Of a DNA stretch of 64,000 nt, positions 13,761 to 27,800 are shown piece after piece (position 1 is the stretch's first letter; every line of letters starts with the position of its first letter). Source of the DNA: the human T2T-CHM13v2.0 reference genome, Homo sapiens; NCBI RefSeq assembly GCF_009914755.1, contig NC_060926.1, one strand, 5' to 3'. The notes beneath the pieces are model-generated. The model saw only the letters and a program-made list of their open reading frames with translations. It was not told the DNA's origin and made no database searches. A program made the translations under genes and the position numbers.

Positions 13761-13944
13761 TAAGTAATTGCATAATTAAATGCTAATCATGTGCTGAGTT
13801 CTGACTTAAGCTATTTCCAGATACAAATTAAAAATAAGAAAATTTCCTGAATATAAGTAATTTCAAACTAGTTAAGACAGTTAAATATATGCAAAGAAAT
13901 GGAAGGATAATTATAACGCAACACAGAAGGGGATATAAATCTAA

Positions 13945-14585
13945 TGTATCAGTTAGAAATGCATTTGGCTGCAAGTAACAAAACAGCCCAACTATAATTC
14001 TTTCTTTCTTTATTTTTAAATAGGGATATACATTATAGAGGATGTTTGGTGCTGAAATATTGTTAGCAGTTAGAAATGCATTTGGCTGCAAGTAACAAAA
14101 CAGCCCAACTATAATTCTTTCTTTATATATTTTTAAATAGGGATATACATTATAGAGGATGTTTGGTGCTGAAATGTTGTTAGTATATTGACGAGTGCCA
14201 ATGTTTCTGCAGCTCTCTCAACATTTTCCTAATAGTTTCAAATCATCACATTCTCCTTTAAGTCAGAAAGAAATTAGGGAAGGCAGTGAATCTCTTTAGA
14301 AAGTTAAAGCTTTCCCCCAAATCATACTGTCTAGCAGACTTTTCCAAATGCTTTTCAAAATCCATGCAAATCCAAATACTATTCTTTTTTATCTGAGTTG
14401 CAGGGCCACACTTACCTGAATTGTAATCTGGAATAGTAGGTTCCAGGATTGCCATAATTGGTCTAACCTAATCACAATCCATTGCTTTGGGGCTAGGCAT
14501 ATATTTGTGATAAACAAAAGCAGAGTTCTGTCAGTAATTATGGGAAAATCACTATGGAGTAGGCAATTAAAGGCGTTTGCCATCC
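13945..14585 (-). mobile_element. Ancient ERVL/MaLR LTR (MLT1/LTR33-like) carrying a tandem duplication
   Basis: TGTATCAGTTAGAAATGCATTTGGCTGCAAGTAACA is typical of the reverse end of old ERVL-class LTRs. Confidence 0.55.
13950..14183. repeat. Tandem duplication, 2 x 117 bp
   Basis: Units 13950-14066 and 14067-14183 are near-identical. Confidence 0.97.
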
Positions 14586-14919
14586 ACAGCCTCAGCAAAA
14601 GAGAGAGTATGGGTTAGTTAGGTGAGGATGCCAGGAGGTAAAAGGATGAAAGGATGACTCTTTTAAATGAACTGCTGATTGTGGATTAGTAGAGACTTCA
14701 AAGACAAGACAGAGTAAAGAAATAGCAAAAGCAAACCAGGCAGGGAAAAGTAAGATGTATAAAGAAAGTCGGACTAGATTAGATCTCCCTAAAAAGAAGC
14801 AGCCATAAGGATTGAGAATGGATAAATTTGGAGAGATGTGGAGAAGCCAGCTGATGGAGAGAACAGCTTAGTAGTTTCCTTGCTTCACCCTACCACCAAA
14901 TAGACCAACCAATAAATCA

Positions 14920-17150
14920 CCAAGACTTTGGAATTCACAAAAATTGGGAATATACATTATTTTTAAGTACTCATAGAATATTTTTAAAAATGGAAAACCT
15001 CAATAAATTCCGACATTAGTCCATGTGGTCTAACCACAATAAAATAAAACTAGAAATTATCATAATTTCTAAACAAGTAAATTATAATTTATAAACACAA
15101 AAATATTCTGACTTCAGTATTAAATATATATACATATATGCATATATTTATACATGTATATGAAATAAAAATACATATACACATATATTAATGTACGTGT
15201 GTGATAACACTTGAGTTAAAAAACAATCAGATCTATAATTATAGATTATTTAGAAAATAAAAAATAATTTAGAATTCTATCTACCAAAGCACATACGATG
15301 TAGCCAAAAACTATTCTTAGAGAAAGATTATTTACCTTAAGGGCTGTCATTATTAAGCAAGAAACCAAAGGGACAGAGTGAGATTAACTGAGCCTACCTG
15401 GAAAGCTGGAAGAAAACGGCAAACAAACAACAAAAGCAGGAAAAAGGAAAAGAAAAGGCCGGGCGCGGTGCCTTACGCTTGTAATCCCAGTACTTTGGGA
15501 GATCGAGGCGGCGGATCACGAGCTCAGGAATTTGACACCAGCCTGGCCAATATGGTGAAACCCCATCTCTACTAAAAATACAAAAATTAGCCGGGCGTGG
15601 TGGTGCGTGCCTGTAGTCCCAGCTACTGGGAGGCTGAGGCAGACGAATCCCTTGAACCCGGCAGGCGGAGGTTGCAGTGAGCCAAGCCTGCATCACTGCA
15701 CTCCAGCCTAGGCGACAGAGCAAGGATCCATCTCAAAAAAAAAAAAAAAAAAAAAAAGGAAAATAAAAATATTCCAAATTCAACCTGTAAAGTTTATATA
15801 ATTACAAACAAAGAAGAAATAAAATTGATTTTAAGAGCACATCTGACAACATTTGATAAATATTAGTGAATTTAACTAGTATAAAATATAGAGGACCAAA
15901 TATTATTACAAACTCTAGTAAAACCTGAATAGATTATTGACTATAGAAAATGCTGAAAAAATTATCAAAGAAAATTATCAAAGAAGCTTCCCCTTTAAAA
16001 GCCGCTAGGCACACAGAAGTTTTTGGATAACGTCATTCAAAAAAACCTCAAGAAACAGAAATTCTTAAGTCATCTAACATCTTGTATAGAATAAAAGAGA
16101 AAAAATTTCCCAATTATAAGAAAAGTCTGGAAATTCTGATATCAGAAATGCTGTTTTCAGAATAAAAGGATGAATAAAAGATTAAGAAAAAAGAAAGAAA
16201 AAATAAGGGAACTATGGATTAAACTCACAAATACAGTACAAATATTTTTAGTAAATGATTGGAGATAGAATTCAGCTATTCACTCAAAGATAGTTCAATA
16301 TTAGGAAATTTATTAATATAAATTACTATACCTCTAGGACAGAAAGAAAAAGATGAGCATGAGCATCCCCTTCATTGCTTTAAATCTATTTGATAAGTTT
16401 GAAGAACATTTATATTTTAGTTAAAAATACTTTTACTATGCTGGAAATATATTTCCAAACACTATAAACTTTATAGCAAACCAACAATTAGCATCATGTA
16501 TGTTTGTGTAACACTAGAAGAATTGCATTTAAATCAACCTAAAGTCAGGAAAAAGACAAACACACTTGCTATCTGTCATCAATTTTATATTACAATGCTA
16601 AGAAAGAGGTAGCCAGTAAAATCAATTAAAATGTTAAAAATCAGTATGAATATTGAAATGAAAAAACTAATTATTTGATGATCCACTAGAAATACCAAGA
16701 ATAAAAAACAGTTGCAATAGACAACTTATATGGTATAGAATATTACTATATTACTAATATTACTATTAAATGACATATATCATCAAATATGCAAGTCTTC
16801 GTAGCTATCCTGTATGCCAGTAAGTGACTTTTAAAATCATATGAAAACAGATACCATTAACAACTACAGCAAAAATAATTAAATGTCTGATATCAAATTT
16901 ATTAAGACGTATCCAAGTTTCATCCAAAAAAAATTGACTTCCTAATGGGATTTTCAAAAAATACATAGTTAAAGTGAAATACACCTTGTGCTTAGCTGTA
17001 AATGTTTAATATTACAAATACATGAAATCTTCCTGAATTCAATTACAAATTTAATTCAACTCTAATTAAAGTATGGATCAAATTTGTTTAAAAACTTGAA
17101 AATATATCTGACGTTTGTAGAATATATCTAGTAAAGGAAATTCTGGAAGA
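14920..17150 (+). mobile_element. Highly degraded ancient L1M ORF2 region, split by an Alu
   Basis: A-rich strand with residual ORF2 motifs (ATAAAACTAGAAAT, GTTCAATATTAGGAAAT, AAAGTCAGGAAAAAGACAA). Confidence 0.6.
15457..15757 (+). mobile_element. AluS (Sg-like)
   Basis: GGCCGGGCGCGGTG..GGATCACGAG..long A tail; TSD approximately AAAAGGAAAA(G/T)AAAA. Confidence 0.93.
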
Positions 17151-17179
17151 AAACGTTAATTGGAGGGAATGAAGCCCCC

Positions 17180-17405
17180 CTGACACCATAGAGTTAATCA
17201 TGTATTCCTTCCCAGTTACCTGTACCTTCCTTTTTCAGGACTTCTCATACTTTGTAGGTATAGATTTACTTGTGAGATTGTTGTCCATCTTCTTCATTAA
17301 ACTGTAAGCCACATAATGGCAACAGCTCTGTCTCTTTTGCTCATAGTGTCAGCTATTATGTCTTATAAAAAGCAGACCTGCAATAAATATTTGTTGAACA
17401 GTTAA
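17180..17405 (+). mobile_element. L2 3' fragment
   Basis: AAACTGTAAGCC..TGTCTCTTTTGCTCA..CAATAAATATTTGTTGAA resembles the L2 3' terminus. Confidence 0.6.
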
Positions 17406-19469
17406 TTAGAGAAATGTTTTCAAAATTAATGAATTACAGTGATAAAAGCTGTCTGATGTCACCATCATAATAGAGGGTAAACCTGTGGACCAGAACAAAA
17501 AATACAGAAGCTCACATAAATATATGCTTAAAAAATGTTAAAAAATGTTTTATTGACATCATTGTGGATAAGACAGACTATTCAGTAAATGGTATTGGGA
17601 CACATGACTAATTATCAGGAAACAAACTAGTTACATTTTCACACATTATGGCAAAATAAATTCTAGGGGAATTAATTTCATAAATGTAAAAATAGATTAA
17701 AACTTCTAAGTACTGTAAAAAAAAATAGGGATAGAAGAAGCCTCTTTAAATCTTCTCCTGCCTTATATTAACACTGCTGAGAAGCATTAATTTGTATAAA
17801 TACATATGCCACTAGTTCAATTACTTTCTTAATTGAATTAAGGTGGGATTGCCAGTTGAAAGGATATGCACATGGTGAGAACCTTGCAAATTTTCCTCTT
17901 CAAATCCCTTTAACAATTCACACACCTGTTGGAGGGCAAGCGCTTGCCCATTTTCCTGTGCTAGGTGCTCACACTCACATCACTGGTTTAAAGTAGTTAA
18001 ACTTAGGATGTTTTCCCTCTCTTTAGACTGGTTTCTCTAAGATAGTTCTACAAATCCAATACTTACAAAAAGCCCAATTTGTAGTGAGATAAGACAATTT
18101 CTTTTCAAATGATGAATAATTAAATGGTCAACAGTATAGGACTCGTTTATCTAGTGAAGGTGTATCTATACAATCGAATGCTATGCAATCATCAAAAATG
18201 GTGTCCCTCTATATTAAGTGATATGAAATACCATTTAAAATATATTGAACTATAATGTAAGTGATTTGATTCTAAATTTAAGTAAAATATGTATTTATAT
18301 GAATAAATTTGCTTGAAAAAAGGATAAGCAAATATACAGCAAAATAGTAATAAAGACTGTCTCAACAGGCTTGCAAGTGATTTTAATACTAATTTCTTTA
18401 TTTTCATAATTTCCATTTTTAAATTTGTTCTTCCAATGATTATATATTACTTATGTAGTATAACATTTCCTTAACAAGGCCAAAGGAGCACATAATCTGT
18501 TCCCAACATTTTGATTTATTTATTGAGCTAAATTTATTTAAATTGTCATTACCCATACCATATGGTTTTGTTATGCCACATAATAGGCATCCAATAAATA
18601 TTTATGTAATACTTCAATCAGAACCATATATATTGAGGGCCATTACTGATAAGTCACGTGTACCCTACTTTAAAAAATTTATATAGCTACAACTAAAATC
18701 TCATGTATAATGGTTAATAATATCTAAACGAATGAAAATTTATTAGTAGATTGAAGTATGTTGGGGGGAATCAATATCTGTTGACCACCTATTAAGTATC
18801 AATTCCTGACTATCTTCTTCAGCTGTATTTTTATAATGACAGGCAAATCATAGTAGAAAAAGGTGGAAAACAGTTTTACCAATTTTGTTAACTTTAAGCG
18901 TAAATCATATTATACTTGGACAGGAAATTTAATTATGAGATCCCTGGATGCCACAATAAAACAATGTAGTTATTGATTAAAAATTAAAAAGAAGCACACA
19001 AATATATTATTTCTTCAGGGGTGAATTTTCATACCATAAATATCCAAGAAAAAATTTTACCTGGTATCTTAGAGATAATTTAATGGGTGATGTCTCTAAT
19101 AGCAGCTTTCCTGGCAATACAACATATTTTTTCAGACAGGTATGTTTTTTATTGACTCTGAATTAAAACAAAATTTAGCGAAAATATTTTAATAGAAAGC
19201 TAATTTTCCTAGGCCTTTTATCATGAGTCAGAGACTAGCACTTAGAACCCCTTGGGAAATGGATGGGTACATGATTTTGTTTCTCAAACGTATTTTTTCA
19301 ACCAAATGTTGGCAGTTATTGAATGGTCTCTCAGTTTAATAATTCTGAGCTTTCTAATACCCGGGACACCAGAATTCTATGTTATTGGTTAAAATGAGAC
19401 TCAAAAACTGAATGCTAGATTTTTCAGGTCCCAAGATTGACAGTCTGTTATGGCAATTAAATATTTTAA

Positions 19470-19602
19470 TTTTTATTCTTTTTTCAGTTTTTGTAGAGAC
19501 AGTCTTGCTATGTTGCCTTGACTGGTCTTGAATTCGTGGCCTCAAGTGATCCTCTTCCTCCCAAAGTGCTGGGATTATAGGCATGAGCCACCACATCCAG
19601 GC
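19470..19602 (-). mobile_element. Free left Alu monomer (FLAM) or AluJ half
   Basis: Single monomer GTAGAGACAGTCTTGCTATGTTGCC..CCCAAAGTGCTGGGATTATAGGCATGAGCCAC. Confidence 0.85.
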
Positions 19603-19764
19603 TTCACTTGCATTCTTTTCCCACAAAACAAACTGTCCCATCTCCACATGGAGGGACCATTTTTTCTCAAGGTTTTCATGTGATCAGGGACCAGTTTGAG
19701 ACTAAATAGTAGAACACGTATTTTTTAATTGGGAATAGTCACACAGTGATAATCTCCAGGTATT

Positions 19765-19990
19765 AATAATGGCCAACATTTATTGCACAAACATGTCAGG
19801 AGCCATGCTAAGTGCTTTACATGTATTGTCTCATTTAATCCTCATATCCATCAGTGAAGATAGAATACATTTCTCTTTATTTCGCAGATTGGAAAGTAAG
19901 ACAAGTGCTTGAATCACATAGTTAGCAGGGGTTGGCGCTGAGATGGAACCCAGGTTGTCTGTCGACAGCACTTAAGGCCTGACAATTCTG
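19765..19990 (-). mobile_element. MIR
   Basis: AACATTTATTG..TGCTAAGTGCTTTACATGTATTGTCTCATTTAATCCTCA..GAACCCAGG. Confidence 0.75.
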
Positions 19991-21446
19991 CTATCCCGCC
20001 TCTTATAACCATTTATCTCCAATCTCCTGCCACCACCTTAGTTCAAGTCCTCATCACCTCTTGCCAGAGTTCTGAGCCAGAGACACCCTTCATAGGTGTA
20101 CTGCCAAAATTTGAAATGCAAATCAGTTTCACAAACATTATATTTAGTTAGAAGATATCATTTTTTTTATTTTTGGGTCCACAGAATGTTCTTTCAAATT
20201 TATCAGAGTTTCACATTTAAAAATGTCATGGTTTTTATGTTTTTGTTTAACTATAAGGAAAAGGCCAGAAAGAAGAAAATTAACATTTATTGAGCCCTTA
20301 ATATGTGCCAGGCAATAGTGCTTTGATTATGAATCAAATTTGATTATGAATCCTCAAAACATCCCTACTAAGGAAGATTGAGACTGATACCTATTGATTG
20401 TCTCTTCTGGGACTCAGGCTTTGTGCATACGCTAATTTATTCAGGGAAGCAGTATGGCATATCAACCAAGAACCCGTTAGAGTTTAGGCTGTGAGGTCAG
20501 TGAAAGATGGCATTGGTTACTGTTCCCAGCTTTCCGAGACTGAGGAAATAAAACATTAGAGATCCTCAGGTTTCAGCCCCACTGATTTTAAAATTTATCG
20601 GTTGTTTCTGAATATTCACTGTAATGAGTCCAAGCAATGGCCAAAGTAGTGAAATACAATTAAAATACATTTTAATTGTTGAGTCAAAACTGCATACTTT
20701 TCCCCCTTACTTTGCCCATGTTTTGTCAAAATTGGGTTTGCTTGTCTTTGGAGTCCTGCTGTCCTTCCTCCTCTTCTTTCACATTCTCTATAGCACTTAC
20801 GCATTGGTAAGCACAGAGTGGTGCCTGATGAGGATCTGAGGTTTGCTTCAGGAAGTTTTTAAATAATCTTTGGGTTTCAGAATTCACAGAACAATCCAGA
20901 GTCAATAATTCTAACTTCCAACCAGATCTCATTATTACAACAGTGACTTTGTTGTCCATAAACAGCTGCTTATTTATTCTTGCCATGAGCTCTTCCTCTG
21001 AAATTGCCAATTTGAGGCAACAAGGTTAAGGATGGGTGAAGGGAATATAGTAAACACAAATGTCTGATGCAGGCATTTCAGAGAATGTCAGTCATTAATT
21101 TAAATATTATTAATTTGGGATCCATTTTGGTACTAGCCCTGGAAAGCGGCTATCAATTTATCCCAGGATTAAATTTTAAGCATGTTGTTTTATTTTCACT
21201 GGTTTCTACTGAGTAAGACATGTGCAACTGGGAAAGAAATGAATCCCCTATGGCTTGTTCAAGTGTATTTTTCTCTTGGTGACACTCATCTCCAATATCA
21301 TATTTAAAAATATTAGGAGAAAGTTCTAAGCAGAAAGTCTCCAACTATGGAAACTTCAACCTTTTGCTGAATTACAGGATGACATTCAATGTCATTTCAC
21401 TGTCCTATATTTTCATGGAGCTTCTTGAAAGTGGTCTCTCTGACTC

Positions 21447-21825
21447 ATGTAGAATCTAAAATTGATCTCACAGAAGTAGAGAGTAGAATGGTGGTTAACA
21501 GGGGCTGATAGGAGAGGAGGCTGGGAAGGTGTTGGTCAAAGGATACATATTTACAGTTAGACAGGAGGAATAAGTTCAAGAGATGTATTGTATAGAATGG
21601 TGACTTTAGTTAATGACAACATATTGTATTCTTGAAAAATGCTAGGAGAGTGGGATGTTAAGTGTTCTCACCAGAAAAAAATGATAGCTATGAGAGTTCA
21701 TGCATTTGTTAATTAGCTCAATTTAACCATTTCACAAATACATGTCTACTTCAAAACATCGTGTTGTACATAATAAATACATACAGTTTTATATGTCCAT
21801 TAAAAAATAAATAACTTTTTAAAAA
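21447..21825 (+). mobile_element. L1MA (L1MA8/9-like) 3'UTR
   Basis: GAAGTAGAGAGTAGAATGGTGGTT..TTGGTCAAAGGATAC..CAGTTAGACAGGAGGAATAAGTTCAAGAGAT..AAAACATCGTGTTGTACA. Confidence 0.85.
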
Positions 21826-24800
21826 GTTCTCTCTCTCTCTCCACACTCGTACACGGGGAGTGTATTTTTCTTTTGGTGCTGTGACATTTTTTCCACTACA
21901 TAGGATGCTCGTGGCTCCACATAAGGCTACTGCCAGGCAATACAGAATGAGGGCCAGGAATTGGTTGAAAGTGAGGGGCCATGGGGTGATGGATGTCAGA
22001 CTAATTATTGATCAATTTACTGTGTCTATTTAGTAAGTCAGTCAGTCTCCAGATACTTTTGTAGTCTTTAAGGACGACAAATGTTCACAGTTTAAATATC
22101 CCTAAATATATAACAGATGAACAAGCATGCTTTGGTGTGTAAATGCTGCATAGATTCAGAACCATCAAAAAGCCCCTCAAAAATGCTTTTCCATCTGCTG
22201 CTTCTAACTACATATCGCACATCCTGGCAGTGCACTTCACAGTGGTGTGAAAGATAGGTTCAAAGCCAACCTGGCAAAATCTATTTATCTTTTTTTTTTC
22301 TCCCCAAAATGTGTTTCTTTGTGCAGCTAAACTAGCAAACATATATAGGAACAAGGTGCCAGGGCTAAGAGGAGGCACTTGTCAGGCCTTAATCATTCAG
22401 GAGAAAACCTGCTTTGTATTACGCTCTGAAATACTGACATCAATTTGCATCTTCTTAGAAAGTATGAGTTGGAGAAGCCTTGGATTCTGTGTTCTCAGTA
22501 AAACTTAACTTACCTTTGAGTAATGTCTCAGTGTCCAGGAGAACCTTGTAAGTTACCCAAACAACCCCATAGATGGAGTGGCCAGAAGAGCCTCCCGCAG
22601 AAAGTATGCGATAGCTTTCCTGTTTAGTTTTTAAAGAAGTAATTATGTGCAAATCAGAAAGTGGATTCATGAGAGGAATGCTCTGTTTTTATGCAATACA
22701 GCTCTCAAGTATAATCTGTCAGAAGTGGAGACTTTTATAAGTAGAGTGACAGTTCATATTAACGTAGTGGTGGAAGTTAGTGGCCTACTAATAAAGCCTT
22801 CTTATTTGAAATGGTACAAGTTAATTTGTTTAGATAGTGAATATTCTTTTTTTATGGGGTAAAAACTATCCAGAAAGGTAATATTTAAAACTACCTTTCA
22901 AATTATGATATATTGTCAGGTATGTTAATACATCATATAGATGACCTATTTCTCTTTCCTGACACATTTTACTGATGCTCTACTCTAGTAGAGTGTAGGA
23001 GTATTAATAGAGGGTATTAGAATCTAATCCTAGTCATAGTTTTCATAAGGGGATGAGGGTGCATACAGATGTTCTAATGCTTATTATTACAAGGGTGGTT
23101 TTCAAATTTAATTTTAGCCATAGTATCACGTATTTAAACAATAGTTGTTTGCAAATATTACTATATATACAAATTGTGGGGGTTGAGGGGAGCTGCCATA
23201 AGAAAAGTGAGGGATGGCAGAGTCCTAGCCACAGTGTCCCTAGTGACTACACTCCCAGCTGCAGAAGCTCCTCTCAGAATTTCAGGAAGAATGACTGGAA
23301 AAGAATTGCAAGCTAAAACACTTATAGGAGCCAGCTAAGTAAGTGAGGGAAGACCACTTGGTATTTTACATGGAATATACGGACATGATTTTCATTTTCA
23401 TAAAGAAATATCCAGGCTCATAGAAAAAAATATATATACTATCTATAGACTATATAGAATACCAGGTCTCATAGAAAACACAGGCCTCCAACTGTATTTT
23501 TCATTTGATAATTTTTTTGTGGTGACATGGCAGCAGAGACAACAGTGTAAATGTGACTTTTAAAGGCAACCTACAGCCTCAGTTTAGGGGAGGCATCAGG
23601 AAATGTTGGGAATTGTGGCAAATTGAGCATAAACCCCACCTAATGGGGGCAGCTACTTTTTGTCTCCAGCCAAGTGTCGACCTGTGAGAATGTGAGCACA
23701 GCGCTAGCTGCTAGAGCCATCTGAAAGTTTAAAAGGAGTTTTCAATCTAGGCTTTTTTTTTCTATGAAATTTTCTGATTTTTAAAAATTGGTTCAATATT
23801 TTTAAATATTTTGCTAGCTGAATCAAATTATTTGTCAAATTTTGCCCAATCTCTAGGCTACTAGTTTATGAACATGCTTTGAAAGAATCTATATTTGCCA
23901 GAGCATAAGAAAGCCACCTAGACCACCCTATATTTAGTTTATTTGAGTTGAAGTTTTTACTGTAAGCTATAGATAATTTTGGGTAATAGTTTTGAACTAT
24001 AAACCATGTAATGTAAGCCATATAAAAAAAAAGAAACCAAGGTTGGCAAATTTAGAAAGATGAGTTCAATACCTGGGCCTGTCACTTAGGCCTGAAGCAG
24101 CAGTTCAGACAGGTTAAGCTGCTCTCAAAGATTCCCTTTGAGAAATACAAAGCACCATTAGAGACCATTATGAACAACAACAGGCCAACAAATGGGGAAA
24201 CCTAGAGGGAATGGATAAATTCCTGGACAAATACAACCTAAAAATAAATAGCCAACCTCAAGGGACCAATAATAAATAAAAAGATTAAATCAGCAATAAA
24301 AACTCTCCCAACAAAGAAAAGCTTAGCACTGGGTGGCTTTACTGCTAAATTCTATCAAAATCTTAAAGAAGAACTAACACCAATTCTCAAACTATTCCAA
24401 AAAATTGAAGAGGAGGGAATCCTTCCTAATTTGTTCTATGAGGCCAGCATTATCTTGATATTAAAATCAGAGAAGCACACAATGAAATAAAACTACATGC
24501 CAATATCCCTGATGAACATAGATGCAAAAATCCTCAACAAAATACTAACAAAGCAAATCCAACGGCACATGAAAAAGATAAATACATAATGATCAAGTGG
24601 ATTTATTCCAGGAATGCAAGGATAGTTCAACACATGAAAATCAATGAATGTAGTACATCACATGAACAGAACAAATGACAAAATAGATCATCTCAAGACA
24701 CAGAAAAAGCATTTGATAAAATTCAACATCCTTTCATGATAAAACTCCCAAGATATTAGATATAGAAGAAACACCTCAACACAATAAAGGCAATATATAA

Positions 24801-27800
24801 CAGCTAACATCATAGAAAGAATTTCCTGTAAGAACTGGAAGAAGACAGAATGCCCACTTTCACCACTTTTACTCAACATAGTACTGGAAATCCTAGTCAG
24901 AACAATTAGGCAAGGGAAAGAAATAAAGGGCAATCAAGTTGGAAAGGAGAAACCCAAATTGTCTCTCTATGAAGATGACAGGATCTTGTATATTGAAAAA
25001 TCTAGACTCTACCTAAAAACTCTTAGAATTTATAAACAAATTCAGTAAAGTTGCAGGATATAAAATCAACATACAAAAAATCAGTAATGAGTCTATACAT
25101 TAATAAATGGGCTGGAAAAAGATCAACAAAGCAATCCCATTTACAATGACTACAAAATACTTAGAAATAAATTTAACCAAGGAGTTGTAAGATCTCTACA
25201 GTGAAAACTATAAAACAGTGATGAAATAAATTGAAGAGGACACAACAAAATGGAAAGATATTCCATGCTCATGAATTGGAAGAATTAGTTATGTTAAAGG
25301 TGACATATTACCTGAAGCAATCTACAGATTCAATGCAATCCTTATCAAAATACCAGACACTCTTGACAGAAATAGAAAAAATCCTAAAATTTCTATGGAA
25401 ACACAGAAGTACCTGAATAGCCAAAGCAATACTGAGCAAAAATAATAAACTAGAGGCATCACACTACCTGACTTCAAAATATACTGTAAAGCTATAGTAA
25501 CAAAAACAGCATGGTATCTGTATAAAAACAGACATATATACCAATGGAATAGAATAGAGAACCCAGAAATAAATCCACATAAAAGCATACCTCATTTCAT
25601 TGAGCTTTGCTTTACTGCATTTTGCAGATATTGCATTTTTTAAAAGATGGAATATTTGTGGTAACTCTGTATTGAGCAAGTCTATTGATGCCAATTTTTC
25701 AAAAGCATGTCCTCACTTTGTGTTTCTGTGACACTTCGGTATTTCTGTGAAGATTTCAAACTTTTTCATTATTATATCTGTTGTGGTGATCTGTGATCAT
25801 TGATGTTACTATTGTAATTGTTTCAGAGTGCCAAAAACTGCACTCATATAAGATGGTGAGCTTAACTGATAAATGTGTATTTTGACTACTCCACCAACCA
25901 GCCATTTCCCCATCTCTCTCACTGTTCTTGGGCCTCCCTATTCCCTGAGACACAAGAATACTGAAATGTAGCCAATTAATAACCCTGTAATTTCCTCTAA
26001 GTGTTCATGTGAAAGAAAGAATCACACATGTATCACTTTATTTATTTATTGTTTTTTGACTCTTATTTTAGATTCAAGAGTACATGTACAACAAGAGTAC
26101 ATATACAAGAGTACAACACGGGTTTGGTGTCCAGATGATTTTGTCATCCAGGTGATAAGCATAGTACTCCATAGGTAGTTTTTTGATCCTCACCCATCTT
26201 CCCCTCTCCATCCTCAAGTAGCCCCCAGTGTCTATTGTTTCCTTCTTTGTGTCCCACTTATAAGTGAGACGTGGTATTTTATTAGCTCCTACTTATAAGT
26301 GAGAACATATGATATTTTCTGTTCCTGCATTAGTTCATCTAGCATAATAGCCTCCAGCTCCATCCATGTTGCTGTGAAGTATATAATCTCATCTTTATGG
26401 CTGCATAGTATTCCATGGTGTATATGTACCACGTTTTCTTTATCCAGTCTACTGTTGATTAGCATTTAGGTTGATTCCATGCCTTTGCTATTGTGAATAG
26501 TGCTACCATGAATATACACATGGATATGTCTTTATGGTAGAATGATTTATATTCCTTCGGGTATAATCCCAATAATGGGATTACTGGGTTGAATGGTAGT
26601 TCTATTTTAAGTTCCTTGAGACATCACCAAACTTCTTTCCACAGTGGCTGAACTTGTTTACATTCCCACCAGCAGCATATAAGCATTCCCTTTTTTTTCC
26701 TACAGCCTCACCAGCATCTGTTATTTTTTGACTTTTTGATAGTAGCCATTCTGACTGGCAAGAAACAGTATCTTAGTGTGATTTTGACTTGCATTTCTGT
26801 AATGATGAGTAATGTTGAGCATTTTTTATATGCTTGTTGGCTACATGTATGTCTTCTGAAAATTGTCTGTGTCCTTTGCCCACTTTCTAATGGGTTTGCT
26901 TGTTTTTTGCTTGATATTTTATTTAAGTTTCTTATAGATTCTGGATATTAGATCTTTGTTGGATGGATAGTTTGCAAATATTTATCCTATTCTGTAGAAA
27001 TAAACTCTCTTGATCATTTATTTTGCTGTGTAGTAGCTCTTCAGTTTAATTAGGTCCCATTTGTCAGTTTTTGTTTTTGGTGCAATTGCTTTTGGTGTCT
27101 TCATCATGAAATCTTTGCCAAAGTCTATGTCCAGAATGGTATTTCCTAAGTTTTCTTCTAGGGTTTTATATAAAACTATAAAGTTTTAGGTTTTACATTT
27201 AAGTCTTTAATCCATCTTGAGTTAATTTTGAAAGGAAGGGGTAGAGTTTTAATCTTGTGCATGTGGCTAGCCAGTTATCTTGACACCATTTACTGAATAG
27301 GCATGATTTCCCCATTTCTTGTTTTGGTTGAATTTGCCAAAGATCAGATAGCTGTAGGTGTGTGGCTTTATTTCTGGGCTCCCTATTGTGTTCCATTGTC
27401 CTGGGTATCTGTTTCTGTATCAGCACCATGCTGTTTTGGTTATTGTAGCCTTGTGGTATAGTTTGAAGTAGGGCAATGTGATGCCTCCAGCTTTGTTCTT
27501 TTCGCTTAGAATTGCTTTGGCAATTTGGGCTCTTTTTTGGTTCCAAATGAATTTTAGGATAGTTTCTTCTAATTCTGTGCATAATGTCATTGACAGTTTG
27601 ATAGGAATAGCATTGAAATCTGTAAATTGCTTTGGGTAGTGTGGCCATTTTAACAATATTGATTCTTGATATCCATATGCATGGAATGTTTTTCCATATG
27701 TTTGTGTCATCTTTAAGTTCTTTCAGCAGTGTTCTGTAATTCTCATTGTAGACATCTTTGTCTCCCTGGTTAGCATTATTCCTGGGTATTTTATTCTTTT

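Noticed and set aside
13950-14183. CRISPR-like or other repeat-spacer array
   Set aside because: Only two contiguous copies with no spacers, in a eukaryotic context
15394-15723. ORFs overlapping Alus (also 7372, 37893, 37897) and antisense L1 ORFs (38533, 46836, 49748)
   Set aside because: Standard translation products of repeat sequence
20322-20352. Short tandem/palindromic duplication TTGATTATGAATC x2 (similar small duplications near 15960, 23415-23480 and 42705-42760)
   Set aside because: Ordinary slippage-scale events with no further structure
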